From positions 868,001 through 932,000 of the forward strand of contig OZ025783.1 of the NCBI GenBank assembly GCA_964019425.1: a stretch of DNA of 64,000 nt, read 5' to 3'. Positions 23,093 through 35,800 of the stretch are shown here, one piece after another. Within the stretch, counting starts at the first letter, position 1, and each line of letters opens with the position of its first letter. The stretch is from Flectonema sp. DT1601 (lineage: Eukaryota). A program made the translations under genes and the position numbers. The notes beneath the pieces were generated by a model, which saw only the letters and a list, made by a program, of their open reading frames with translations, was not told where the DNA came from and ran no database searches.

Positions 23093-23942
23093 TTATTCCA
23101 GTAATTCTTTGTTCATATCTTCTTTGGCTTCTTCAGTTTCAGCAGGTGTTTGTTTTGTGCAAATATCCGACACCACTTCAACATCAACGGATGTGTCTGT
23201 CTTTTTTACAATATTCTGTGATTCTACAACTTGTTGTTCAACAGTAATATCTGTCACAGAATGAGACTTGAAGATTTGATGCAAAGTACTAACACTAACA
23301 TGTGAAGTAACTTCAAGAGTACAAGTACCAATCACTGAGGTCTCAGTTAACGACCAGATGCGTAAAGCTACGATTGATCGAACACCATGAACGGCACAGA
23401 TCTCATCTTCCAATGAGTTGGTGCATGGGATTGGTGACTTTTGAAGCATAACGTCACACGTTTTAATTGCTAAAGGAAGGGCTGAGTAAACCAATATTAA
23501 ACTTATTACTATTGAAAGAATAGGATCAACTAAGTGTCTTCCTTCCCAGTTGGTTGCTTTCCAGGAGATCAAACCCGCAATTATAACCGCAACGCTTGCC
23601 ATTGCATCTCCAGCTATGTGTAAAAACAAGGCCTTTTGATTGAGTGAACCTTCCTTTTCTCCTCCGTTACTGTGACTGTGACTATGACTATGACCATGAC
23701 TTAGTTTGCATTCCCCTCCTAAGTGGGAGTGTTCCTTAAATATCAGCAAGCCAACCAGATTGATTAATAGACCAACCGATGCCGTAGATATTACTACTTC
23801 TGGTTGTGTAATCTCCTCATGTTCGAATAGACGATGGAGCCCCTCTGTGACTAACGTGAAGCAAATTGATAATAAAAATATGCTGTTGACCAGACCTCCG
23901 ACTAATTCTGCCCGTTTCAATCCATATGTGTATCGACTAGTG
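23093..23942 (-). pseudogene. 5'-truncated duplicate of the CDF zinc transporter, copy 1
   Basis: Matches 31125-31974 (same translation) but is cut at ...TSRYTYG. It lacks the first two TM helices, the DAFH..SD metal-site segment and the native ATG. Confidence 0.9.
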
Positions 23943-24445
23943 CCAAAGTTAAAGTTGAGAAAGCCCGCAAGACTTATGCAGAAGCACTCAAGACAGGTGT
24001 TGAGGAGCAGCCGACTAAAAACAAGGTTAGGAGGATCTGTAAGTTTAATCGTTCAAGACCCGGACAACCTTGATTAATAAATCAAGGTTGTCATCCGTTA
24101 TGAAGTCAGGAAAGACCGAGGCACTGATCCATGGGATCAGGGAGCGGTATGTGAACGGTCTGGAGTACAAGGTTGGTGGGGGCCAGCTACTTGGCTTCTT
24201 CAGGCAGTTGAAGAACTTCGTTCTCGGTTTGGAGTACGTTGAAAGGAGGAGAACCCGCACTTTGTGGAGTTGGGGAACGAGCTGTTGGACCCTCTGGAGA
24301 AAGCAAACGCAATAGCGAAGAGAAATAGAAATGCGAAGATGCAACAACCGAAACGGAAAGGGGGGAGATCGTTTGTCTCTACATATCCATCGTCGGGAAA
24401 CGGGGGAGGGTTCGCGACAAGTAACAACAAAACCAACGTTCCTAA

Positions 24446-26746
24446 GATCCAAGGCACACTGGCCATGTGTCTCGGGATCTCCTATGATGCGGCCAAGACA
24501 CTTTCGATGAATAAGTGTCTAGTAATACTTGGTGTGTTATCAAGGAGCCGCCTGCAGTTGGTCAACCAGAGCGCCGCCCGGATGTGGGATCGCTGCAGCA
24601 GAGCACAGGCACACTGAGAAGTGATACCAAGCCCGCAAACCTGCAAACCCTCAAACAACAAGCTAGCGTTACCCAGCAAATCACACAACAGCAGAGAGAT
24701 CAGCAAAAGCAGAATGCGGAAGTGATCCAGAAAACCTTACAAGAAATAGCAGATCTGAAGAACAACGGTTGACTACGGCTCAACAAGTTCCAGTAGTCGG
24801 GGGAGCAGCACAGCAACAACCAGCACCGGGGTCGAACGAAGCGATGACACGGGAGGTGACTGACCCGTCTGCAGGCAGGGATGTAACAAAGTGGGCATCC
24901 GTTATGAAGTCAGGAAAGACCGAGGCACTGATCCATGGGATCAGGGAGCGGTATGTGAACGGTCTGGAGTACAAGGTTGGTGGGGGCCAGCTACTTGGCT
25001 TCTTCAGGCAGTTGAAGAACTTCGTTCTCGGTTTGGAGTACGTTGAAAGGAGGAGAACCCGCACTTTGTGGAGTTGGGGAACGAGCTGTTGGACCCTCTG
25101 GAGAAAGCAAACGCAATAGCGAAGAGAAATAGAAATGCGAAGATGCAACAACCGAAACGGAAAGGGGGGAGATCGTTTGTCTCTACATATCCATCGTCGG
25201 GAAACGGGGGAGGGTTCGCGACAAGTAACAACATAACCAACGTTCCTAAAACGAAGGTTAGACACGCAAGTATTGGAAACATCCCCATTGCCAAAGTTAA
25301 AGTTGAGAAAGCCCGCAAGACTTATGCAGAAGCACTCAAGACAGGTGTTGAGGAGCAGCCGACTAAAAACAAGGTTAGGAGGATCTGTAAGTTTAATCGT
25401 TCAAGACCCGGACAACCTTGATTAATAAAACCCGCAGTCCGAGGATTCCCCAGCGGAAGGGGGATCAGTTGGAACAGAAGAGATCGCAGATTCAACGGAA
25501 ACAATGCCCTCAGAAGGATTAGAAGGAAATGTGGTTGGGAAGGTCCTGTTGGACATGATGGAGGGATGCCCAGAGGGGACGAAGAGGCGGCATGCCGAGG
25601 ATTCCGTCACATACATGGAGGCGACAGAAAAGCTTCAAGAAACACTGGAGAAGATGTGGGCCTCAAAGACAACAGCAAGCAGGCGGAATCTGTGGAGAAG
25701 ATTTCGGGCCTGGGCAAGGGAAAAGGAGAAACCAGCAAACGCAAGCTCGGCTGTTCTGTTCGTGATGGCGACAGGTGTGGCAGTGCAAGGGCTTCTCTCT
25801 TATGCAAAGAGTCTGTCTGCAGTGATGGGGAGGAATAGAAAACGGACCGCTGTTGAGCTTGGCTGCAGCACTGAGGGCGAACGGGGCGGCAATACCGCTG
25901 GAACAGGCAACGCCAATGACAAGTTTCGACCTGGTGGATTGGGCAAGGGGGCAAGACTTAAAGACCACTTGGCAATGCTAGTGTGCTGGAAGACTGCATC
26001 AAGATGGGGCGAGACCGCAGCGCTCTCAAGGGACCAGTTCATCCCTGTAAGTCCGTCAGAGATCATTATAGATTGGTTCCGCACGCCAAAGGGAAGGAGG
26101 GCAAACCCTTACTCGCCAAGCAGATGGACGGTGATAAAGGGGAATCACACAGAAGAGATAAAGATCTTGCTGGATGCGATGGGGGAGTTCAAAAAACTAC
26201 ACCCGTGGGACATGTCAAAATTAGTGAAAACGTTCCAGCAGGACGGCAGGATGAAAAGATACACCGCCCACTCAATAAAAAGAGGTGCGATAAGTCATCT
26301 GTTGGAGGTTCTGGCATCGGACCAAGAGCAGTAAGGACTCACAGAAGGGCTGATAAGCAGGCTGGCCAAGCATGCAGGAGTGTCGGCCCTTTCAGACACC
26401 ACGCTGAGGTACGGGGGAAACCCAATTGCAATGGCGTTAAAGACAGGGGATGTCACCTGTTTCCTGTAGTTGATAGATCAAAGAATGCGAGTGAACGGGA
26501 TGTGATGCGGAGCGTAGCAGCGCAGTTCACGCACAGAACAAAGAGCACGCGCATCCCCATAACGAAGGAGGAGATATCTTCACCACTACATGTGGCCCCT
26601 ACACCTAAGATGGATGTTTCAGCTGTAAGGGGGAGGATGTTGCCGGTCCTGAAGAGGTTTGATTATGTTTGGGACCTCACCTTCTTTCCTAGGGATTCTT
26701 CTGTCAATGCACGGCTCTTGTCAAGAGGAAGTGACTGCGCGAATCG
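24446..26746 (+). mobile_element. TATE/VIPER-like YR element, copy 2 (YR pseudogene at 25504-26469)
   Basis: Near-identical duplicate of copy 1 with the same premature stop. Confidence 0.75.
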
Positions 26747-27108
26747 CCCCTTCATGCTTCGCAAATTCCTGCGCGGTGTTACTTCTCCACTGTGCTACTG
26801 ATCTTTTCATTCAATTCCATGTATGATAATTCTAAGCGGGGGTTTAGTAATGTTAATCTTCAATGGGAGGTTCTTGTTAGAAATACACAAAACGTTTGCT
26901 TTCGCAAATTCCCTGAGCCAAATTAGACAAATGGCATACGCAAAAGCGATTAGACATGACCCATGTCGTGACAGTAAAGGAAGGGAAATTAGCAAACGAT
27001 GGTTGACAACAACAACCATCTTACCGAGAAAAAAAAGAATACACAAAATAACTGGTGGCATGTGAACGTGTGAGGTTGTGATAGTTATTAAGATCAAGGT
27101 CAACATGT

Positions 27109-27958
27109 TTATTCCAGTAATTCTTTGTTCATATCTTCTTTGGCTTCTTCAGTTTCAGCAGGTGTTTGTTTTGTGCAAATATCCGACACCACTTCAACAT
27201 CAACGGATGTGTCTGTCTTTTTTACAATATTCTGTGATTCTACAACTTGTTGTTCAACAGTAATATCTGTCACAGAATGAGACTTGAAGATTTGATGCAA
27301 AGTACTAACACTAACATGTGAAGTAACTTCAAGAGTACAAGTACCAATCACTGAGGTCTCAGTTAACGACCAGATGCGTAAAGCTACGATTGATCGAACA
27401 CCATGAACGGCACAGATCTCATCTTCCAATGAGTTGGTGCATGGGATTGGTGACTTTTGAAGCATAACGTCACACGTTTTAATTGCTAAAGGAAGGGCTG
27501 AGTAAACCAATATTAAACTTATTACTATTGAAAGAATAGGATCAACTAAGTGTCTTCCTTCCCAGTTGGTTGCTTTCCAGGAGATCAAACCCGCAATTAT
27601 AACCGCAACGCTTGCCATTGCATCTCCAGCTATGTGTAAAAACAAGGCCTTTTGATTGAGTGAACCTTCCTTTTCTCCTCCGTTACTGTGACTGTGACTA
27701 TGACTATGACCATGACTTAGTTTGCATTCCCCTCCTAAGTGGGAGTGTTCCTTAAATATCAGCAAGCCAACCAGATTGATTAATAGACCAACCGATGCCG
27801 TAGATATTACTACTTCTGGTTGTGTAATCTCCTCATGTTCGAATAGACGATGGAGCCCCTCTGTGACTAACGTGAAGCAAATTGATAATAAAAATATGCT
27901 GTTGACCAGACCTCCGACTAATTCTGCCCGTTTCAATCCATATGTGTATCGACTAGTG
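27109..27958 (-). pseudogene. 5'-truncated duplicate of the CDF zinc transporter, copy 2
   Basis: Same breakpoint as copy 1, offset +4016. Confidence 0.9.
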
Positions 27959-28461
27959 CCAAAGTTAAAGTTGAGAAAGCCCGCAAGACTTATGCAGAAG
28001 CACTCAAGACAGGTGTTGAGGAGCAGCCGACTAAAAACAAGGTTAGGAGGATCTGTAAGTTTAATCGTTCAAGACCCGGACAACCTTGATTAATAAATCA
28101 AGGTTGTCATCCGTTATGAAGTCAGGAAAGACCGAGGCACTGATCCATGGGATCAGGGAGCGGTATGTGAACGGTCTGGAGTACAAGGTTGGTGGGGGCC
28201 AGCTACTTGGCTTCTTCAGGCAGTTGAAGAACTTCGTTCTCGGTTTGGAGTACGTTGAAAGGAGGAGAACCCGCACTTTGTGGAGTTGGGGAACGAGCTG
28301 TTGGACCCTCTGGAGAAAGCAAACGCAATAGCGAAGAGAAATAGAAATGCGAAGATGCAACAACCGAAACGGAAAGGGGGGAGATCGTTTGTCTCTACAT
28401 ATCCATCGTCGGGAAACGGGGGAGGGTTCGCGACAAGTAACAACAAAACCAACGTTCCTAA

Positions 28462-30762
28462 GATCCAAGGCACACTGGCCATGTGTCTCGGGATCTCCTA
28501 TGATGCGGCCAAGACACTTTCGATGAATAAGTGTCTAGTAATACTTGGTGTGTTATCAAGGAGCCGCCTGCAGTTGGTCAACCAGAGCGCCGCCCGGATG
28601 TGGGATCGCTGCAGCAGAGCACAGGCACACTGAGAAGTGATACCAAGCCCGCAAACCTGCAAACCCTCAAACAACAAGCTAGCGTTACCCAGCAAATCAC
28701 ACAACAGCAGAGAGATCAGCAAAAGCAGAATGCGGAAGTGATCCAGAAAACCTTACAAGAAATAGCAGATCTGAAGAACAACGGTTGACTACGGCTCAAC
28801 AAGTTCCAGTAGTCGGGGGAGCAGCACAGCAACAACCAGCACCGGGGTCGAACGAAGCGATGACACGGGAGGTGACTGACCCGTCTGCAGGCAGGGATGT
28901 AACAAAGTGGGCATCCGTTATGAAGTCAGGAAAGACCGAGGCACTGATCCATGGGATCAGGGAGCGGTATGTGAACGGTCTGGAGTACAAGGTTGGTGGG
29001 GGCCAGCTACTTGGCTTCTTCAGGCAGTTGAAGAACTTCGTTCTCGGTTTGGAGTACGTTGAAAGGAGGAGAACCCGCACTTTGTGGAGTTGGGGAACGA
29101 GCTGTTGGACCCTCTGGAGAAAGCAAACGCAATAGCGAAGAGAAATAGAAATGCGAAGATGCAACAACCGAAACGGAAAGGGGGGAGATCGTTTGTCTCT
29201 ACATATCCATCGTCGGGAAACGGGGGAGGGTTCGCGACAAGTAACAACAAAACCAACGTTCCTAAAACGAAGGTTAGACACGCAAGTATTGGAAACATCC
29301 CCATTGCCAAAGTTAAAGTTGAGAAAGCCCGCAAGACTTATGCAGAAGCACTCAAGACAGGTGTTGAGGAGCAGCCGACTAAAAACAAGGTTAGGAGGAT
29401 CTGTAAGTTTAATCGTTCAAGACCCGGACAACCTTGATTAATAAAACCCGCAGTCCGAGGATTCCCCAGCGGAAGGGGGATCAGTTGGAACAGAAGAGAT
29501 CGCAGATTCAACGGAAACAATGCCCTCAGAAGGATTAGAAGGAAATGTGGTTGGGAAGGTCCTGTTGGACATGATGGAGGGATGCCCAGAGGGGACGAAG
29601 AGGCGGCATGCCGAGGATTCCGTCACATACATGGAGGCGACAGAAAAGCTTCAAGAAACACTGGAGAAGATGTGGGCCTCAAAGGCAACAGCAAGCAGGC
29701 GGAATCTGTGGAGAAGATTTCGGGCCTGGGCAAGGGAAAAGGAGAAACCAGCAAACGCAAGCTCGGCTGTTCTGTTCGTGATGGCGACAGGTGTGGCAGT
29801 GCAAGGGCTTCTCTCTTATGCAAAGAGTCTGTCTGCAGTGATGGGGAGGAATAGAAAACGGACCGCTGTTGAGCTTGGCTGCAGCACTGAGGGCGAACGG
29901 GGCGGCAATACCGCTGGAACAGGCAACGCCAATGACAAGTTTCGACCTGGTGGATTGGGCAAGGGGGCAAGACTTAAAGACCACTTGGCAATGCTAGTGT
30001 GCTGGAAGACTGCATCAAGATGGGGCGAGACCGCAGCGCTCTCAAGGGACCAGTTCATCCCTGTAAGTCCGTCAGAGATCATTATAGATTGGTTCCGCAC
30101 GCCAAAGGGAAGGAGGGCAAACCCTTACTCGCCAAGCAGATGGACGGTGATAAAGGGGAATCACACAGAAGAGATAAAGATCTTGCTGGATGCGATGGGG
30201 GAGTTCAAAAAACTACACCCGTGGGACATGTCAAAATTAGTGAAAACGTTCCAGCAGGACGGCAGGATGAAAAGATACACCGCCCACTCAATAAAAAGAG
30301 GTGCGATAAGTCATCTGTTGGAGGTTCTGGCATCGGACCAAGAGCAGTAAGGACTCACAGAAGGGCTGATAAGCAGGCTGGCCAAGCATGCAGGAGTGTC
30401 GGCCCTTTCAGACACCACGCTGAGGTACGGGGGAAACCCAATTGCAATGGCGTTAAAGACAGGGGATGTCACCTGTTTCCTGTAGTTGATAGATCAAAGA
30501 ATGCGAGTGAACGGGATGTGATGCGGAGCGTAGCAGCGCAGTTCACGCACAGAACAAAGAGCACGCGCATCCCCATAACGAAGGAGGAGATATCTTCACC
30601 ACTACATGTGGCCCCTACACCTAAGATGGATGTTTCAGCTGTAAGGGGGAGGATGTTGCCGGTCCTGAAGAGGTTTGATTATGTTTGGGACCTCACCTTC
30701 TTTCCTAGGGATTCTTCTGTCAATGCACGGCTCTCGTCAAGAGGAAGTGACTGCGCGAATCG
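28462..30762 (+). mobile_element. TATE/VIPER-like YR element, copy 3 (YR pseudogene at 29520-30485)
   Basis: Near-identical duplicate with the same premature stop. Confidence 0.75.
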
Positions 30763-31124
30763 CCCCTTCATGCTTCGCAAATTCCTGCGCGGTGTTACTT
30801 CTCCACTGTGCTACTGATCTTTTCATTCAATTCCATGTATGATAATTCTAAGCGGGGGTTTAGTAATGTTAATCTTCAATGGGAGGTTCTTGTTAGAAAT
30901 ACACAAAACGTTTGCTTTCGCAAATTCCCTGAGCCAAATTAGACAAATGGCATACGCAAAAGCGATTAGACATGACCCATGTCGTGACAGTAAAGGAAGG
31001 GAAATTAGCAAACGATGGTTGACAACAACAACCATCTTACCGAGAAAAAAAAGAATACACAAAATAACTGGTGGCATGTGAACGTGTGAGGTTGTGATAG
31101 TTATTAAGATCAAGGTCAACATGT

Positions 31125-32156
31125 TTATTCCAGTAATTCTTTGTTCATATCTTCTTTGGCTTCTTCAGTTTCAGCAGGTGTTTGTTTTGTGCAAATATCC
31201 GACACCACTTCAACATCAACGGATGTGTCTGTCTTTTTTACAATATTCTGTGATTCTACAACTTGTTGTTCAACAGTAATATCTGTCACAGAATGAGACT
31301 TGAAGATTTGATGCAAAGTACTAACACTAACATGTGAAGTAACTTCAAGAGTACAAGTACCAATCACTGAGGTCTCAGTTAACGACCAGATGCGTAAAGC
31401 TACGATTGATCGAACACCATGAACGGCACAGATCTCATCTTCCAATGAGTTGGTGCATGGGATTGGTGACTTTTGAAGCATAACGTCACACGTTTTAATT
31501 GCTAAAGGAAGGGCTGAGTAAACCAATATTAAACTTATTACTATTGAAAGAATAGGATCAACTAAGTGTCTTCCTTCCCAGTTGGTTGCTTTCCAGGAGA
31601 TCAAACCCGCAATTATAACCGCAACGCTTGCCATTGCATCTCCAGCTATGTGTAAAAACAAGGCCTTTTGATTGAGTGAACCTTCCTTTTCTCCTCCGTT
31701 ACTGTGACTGTGACTATGACTATGACCATGACTTAGTTTGCATTCCCCTCCTAAGTGGGAGTGTTCCTTAAATATCAGCAAGCCAACCAGATTGATTAAT
31801 AGACCAACCGATGCCGTAGATATTACTACTTCTGGTTGTGTAATCTCCTCATGTTCGAATAGACGATGGAGCCCCTCTGTGACTAACGTGAAGCAAATTG
31901 ATAATAAAAATATGCTGTTGACCAGACCTCCGACTAATTCTGCCCGTTTCAATCCATATGTGTATCGACTAGTGGGTTTGCGGTTAGCCACTTTAATCGA
32001 GGATAGTGTAACGCCAAGTGCCATGCAGTCACTCATGACATGAAATGCATCTGCCGTGAGCGAAACGCAGTTGGTCATCCTTCCAACGATCAATTCAACA
32101 AAGAAATAACACCCAGTCAGCGCCATCATTATGATTATTCGTTTTTGTCGTTCCAT
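31125..32156 (-). CDS. Cation diffusion facilitator (ZnT1/Zrc1/Cot1-like) zinc transporter, intact, 343 aa
   Basis: FFVELIVG..TNCVSL.ADAFHVMSD, YTYGLKRAELVGGLVN, His-rich loop HGHSHSHSH, N.KALFLHIAGDAMAS, DP.LS and L.IW.L motifs. ATG at 32156 lies just after TTTTAG/TGCAG. Confidence 0.92.
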   Translation of the reverse strand: MERQKRIIIMMALTGCYFFVELIVGRMTNCVSLTADAFHVMSDCMALGVTLSSIKVANRKPTSRYTYGLKRAELVGGLVNSIFLLSICFTLVTEGLHRLFEHEEITQPEVVISTASVGLLINLVGLLIFKEHSHLGGECKLSHGHSHSHSHSNGGEKEGSLNQKALFLHIAGDAMASVAVIIAGLISWKATNWEGRHLVDPILSIVISLILVYSALPLAIKTCDVMLQKSPIPCTNSLEDEICAVHGVRSIVALRIWSLTETSVIGTCTLEVTSHVSVSTLHQIFKSHSVTDITVEQQVVESQNIVKKTDTSVDVEVVSDICTKQTPAETEEAKEDMNKELLE

Positions 32157-32826
32157 TGCTGCAAATCTAAAAAAAATATTTTTAAATAAAACAAACAATT
32201 CTCGACACCAGTACGTCATCCAGGGCTGGAAGAAAAAGATGGCTATTTTGTCGAAAAAAGAGAAAAAAAAAGAAAGAAAAAAAATAACAAGCGCACTTAC
32301 TTTTTTAGGGTAATCTTTTTTTTAAAATTAATACTAAGATCCAATCTTCTCTAAAATAATAACAGTTTTGTCAAATACATATGTCAGGTTAGAATGCGTA
32401 TTTCTATTGGAAAGTTAGTTGCAGCTTGTCTATGGCTGCATTACCTTCTTTGAGAACGATATGCTTTGGGGTTAGGGATCAAGGCTTTACTCATTTCAAT
32501 TAGTTACTAAGCAAATAATATAACACCACTGTAGAAAACACTCCGTCAGAAACACTGCTTTTCTCTATGGTGTCTACGGATTTCGCAACAAAAAGGAGAA
32601 AACTTATTTTACGAAGTTAAAGTCTTTGATTAATATTAAATGAACTGCAGCCAAGTTTGGATTATCTGCCAACGGGTGTAACGAATGAACGCATCAAAAG
32701 AAAGCAAAACAAGGCATTTCGTTTAGATTTTCAAAGGTCAAAAGAAGGGATGCACAGAGGGGCACTAATCCGCAGAAGTTAGAGAACGGAAACGAACAGG
32801 AACAATTTTAGCCAGCTAACCTGCAC

Positions 32827-35800
32827 TTACATATCCTGAAGGGATGCAGCAAGCGCACGAGCTAACTCTTCATCTTCGCTCATAGTCGTGTTGTTATTGT
32901 TATTAGTGTTGGTGTTGTTAGCGTTGGTGTTATTGTTGCTGCTGTTAGCACTTGCCATCGCAGCCAACAAACTACTTCCCAATCCCGAAGGTAAACTCTG
33001 AGGCACGGTTTGAGGTGCAGGTGATGGTTTCAGCTCCTGCTGGTTTTATTAGTTGGTTAACTCGAACACGACTACTACCGTGGTACCCACAAAGTATTAG
33101 TATTGGAATCAATAGCAAAACATACTTGTGCTCTTCTTTTACTTCCTGGAGAAGGATCACAGTCTTCAAGCCTACCTGTTGGTAATTATTATAAACAAGT
33201 CAACTAACAGAAAGATGTTATCAGTATTGAAGTGAAGTACATACAGATTTCCGTTTCAGTTACGTCACCCAGTAGTGCGACAAGCTCGCCTAGTAACTTC
33301 TGAAATTTTCCTTTCCTTGCTGATGACGCTTCTTCTGTCCATCTCGCTGCTGTGCTGATAACGACTGGTGCTAACTGACGGTAGTAGTCTTCGATAATCT
33401 TTTCACATCCCTGCGGAGGGGAACGGAGGTTACCCAAGATCCCGTGCCTCAACGTACCGAGACGGAGTCCCTCGTTGTAGTCAGCAGACCACTTGTCCCC
33501 CTCAGTTGTATTCTTCGATCCTTCGTTACCAGGTTCGTTGAAATATGGATCAGGGACGAGTATCATTCCTGTTTGTGATTAAAACTGAGGTCTGCAGTTG
33601 AACGGTCCCACTCATCTGATCAAAGTGAAATGCTTCGACTTTCTCCGAATGAGTTGCAGAATAGATAAGTTACATACCTTGAATAGATTTTACAACCTGT
33701 GAGATGCTACTCTGTCCAGGAGTCCACTTGGTTTCATCACCATCACTGAACCAGGTACCTAACAGGGAAAGGCAGACCTTACCAGATTCGTACAAGTTAG
33801 GGTTGAACCTAACAGTTCCTTCTCCAGTCGTTTTGAGAGTCACCAGGGGTGGTGCGTGGGGGTAAGACGGAGGGCAGAAAATATCAAAAATGAACATTCC
33901 AAAAGCATATGGAGTATCCTGAGGTCCAGTAATCAGAGCCCGTGTTACTCCCATACGCGCTTCATCACTGACGGTGAAGATGGATGCTTGCGGATGCAAA
34001 GGAAGGTCTTCCATGAGTTTCATTTCTCGTTTCCATGCTTTTGTTAACTCCTTTGATGTTTGGCCTTCTGATTCTAAAATATCCTTCTTGTAACAATGAG
34101 ACATGAAACCATTCTCACGATAATCTGTTGAATCTTGTTGATAATCTTCAAACAGTTCTGTAAACTTGTTCTCATTAAAAACAACTTTCTTGTTTGGCGG
34201 AAGATCGTATTCCGATTCGTCGAAGTCTCCAACATTTTCAGTTTCTGGTGCGACTTCGGCTGTCGTAGTCACGAATGTTTTTAGTCTTTGAACCAATTGG
34301 AGACCACCGACCTGTTTGTATTAATCACACTTTACGGTACGAGTAGTGTGTTGTTTCACGTCACGCGGTAAACAAAAAGGCTGAAAAGATTTTTAGGTTT
34401 TCCAACCACATAACTTGTTACTCACTCTACCACGATTAATTTCTTAATCGTCTCCGTAGTTTAGGAGCATTCCTTGTAGCTCTTAATAAATTCAAAAAAG
34501 AAAAAAATTCAATACCTGAGTGCGGCTAATTTCTTCGACTGTGAGGTCAAGAATCTCACTGTCGTAGTCATCGTGCTGCGCGTATATCTTGCAGAAGGCT
34601 TCGTCAGTTGCAAGCAGTGAAATAATCTTACACATCGTTTGTATTATCCCAAGGCGATCATAGTCGTACTTTCTTGGATTCTGAAGTGACATTAAAGTCT
34701 GACCACGTTTTCCGTATAATTGAAACAAAAAGTTTCTAACCAAATGAGCAAGCGAACGGAGGACAACAGGGCTAGCGATAGCTGGAGGAGGCGGTGGTGG
34801 TGAATCCAATCGATTTGGGTTTAGAAGCATTTGAACAACTTGCAGACAACGAAGTGCGGAATTCATAAATCCCTTACCTGATCGACCCTGAGATTGTGAA
34901 TGCTGTTCTTTGTAAGCTTTTGTTTGTTTGTCCCATGTTTTAGCTTCTGGAGTTTTCAAAAGGATTTCAATATCATTTACTTCAATCAAACGATTTAAAG
35001 CATCATCTAAACAGTGTGCTGCCTCAGTCGATAGTTTGTGACAAAAGTGCGAAAACGCGTCTTCCTGTTCCGTCGGCATATTCAGAACCTTGATTAACCC
35101 ATCTCTAAAGTTCTGTACTGAGATCAATTGTACAAACAGCGGTAGCACGTGATCGCGGGCGTGTGCTAAGTGATCATCTTTATCAATATCAAAACCTTCT
35201 GTTCCAGAACTTGCGTAGACCTGTTTTAGATTTAGTGATTGCTGTATAGTAATTGGAATACCTTTTCCAACTCTAGAGATTGCTATGGTCATACCTTAAA
35301 CAGAACTCGAGGAAGCTCACTACATAATTCAGACTGCTCAACGATATTGAAAAGAGATGTAGCAGAACGATGACCATCTACTACATATGAAGCCCAAACA
35401 CTTGAGTGTTTGTTTTCACGCAGAGCTGCAATGAGATCAACAATACGAGCTTCAATCATTGGTTGTTTTCGTAACAAAGTTGGATGTGTTGAGAGTGTTA
35501 TCGCAAAACGAAGCAACTGTGGCATCCCTTCAGCATCGTTCACCAGATCAGGAGCGTAGTGACACACAAAGACAGCCCAATCTAAAGCATCTTCGAGTAG
35601 ATAAACAGGTAACCCAGCGACTTCATCAGGTAATCCATCGTCTCCGTGTTTCTGAATAGATCTGTGGAGTGTTATTGTTTCGGTTAGACGACTCGTTGAT
35701 AGACAACTTCGGATTAAAATTCAACAAATAAACAAACCTATAAATAATATTGCACAAAGTGACTGCAGCTAAGTTACAGCAATCGACAAGCTCTGGTCGG

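Larger units (their letters stand above)
9939..31124. other. Convergent strand-switch region between two directional gene clusters; gene-poor and rich in mobile-element relics
   Basis: All 7 genes to the left are +, all 10 genes to the right are -. The interval holds poly(T) tracts, decayed retroelements and a tandem triplication. Confidence 0.75.
20432..31974. repeat. Tandem triplication with a 4016-bp period: ~3.5-kb core (YR element + 3' part of the CDF gene) x3, and a 505-bp junction cassette x2
   Basis: Units start at gatccaagg at 20432, 24446 and 28462; ORFs recur at +4016. Only a handful of differences were seen between units. Confidence 0.97.

Noticed and set aside
32469..32478. GGGTTAGGG telomere-like seed near a TATE-like element
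   Set aside because: Single unit, expected by chance; no telomeric array.
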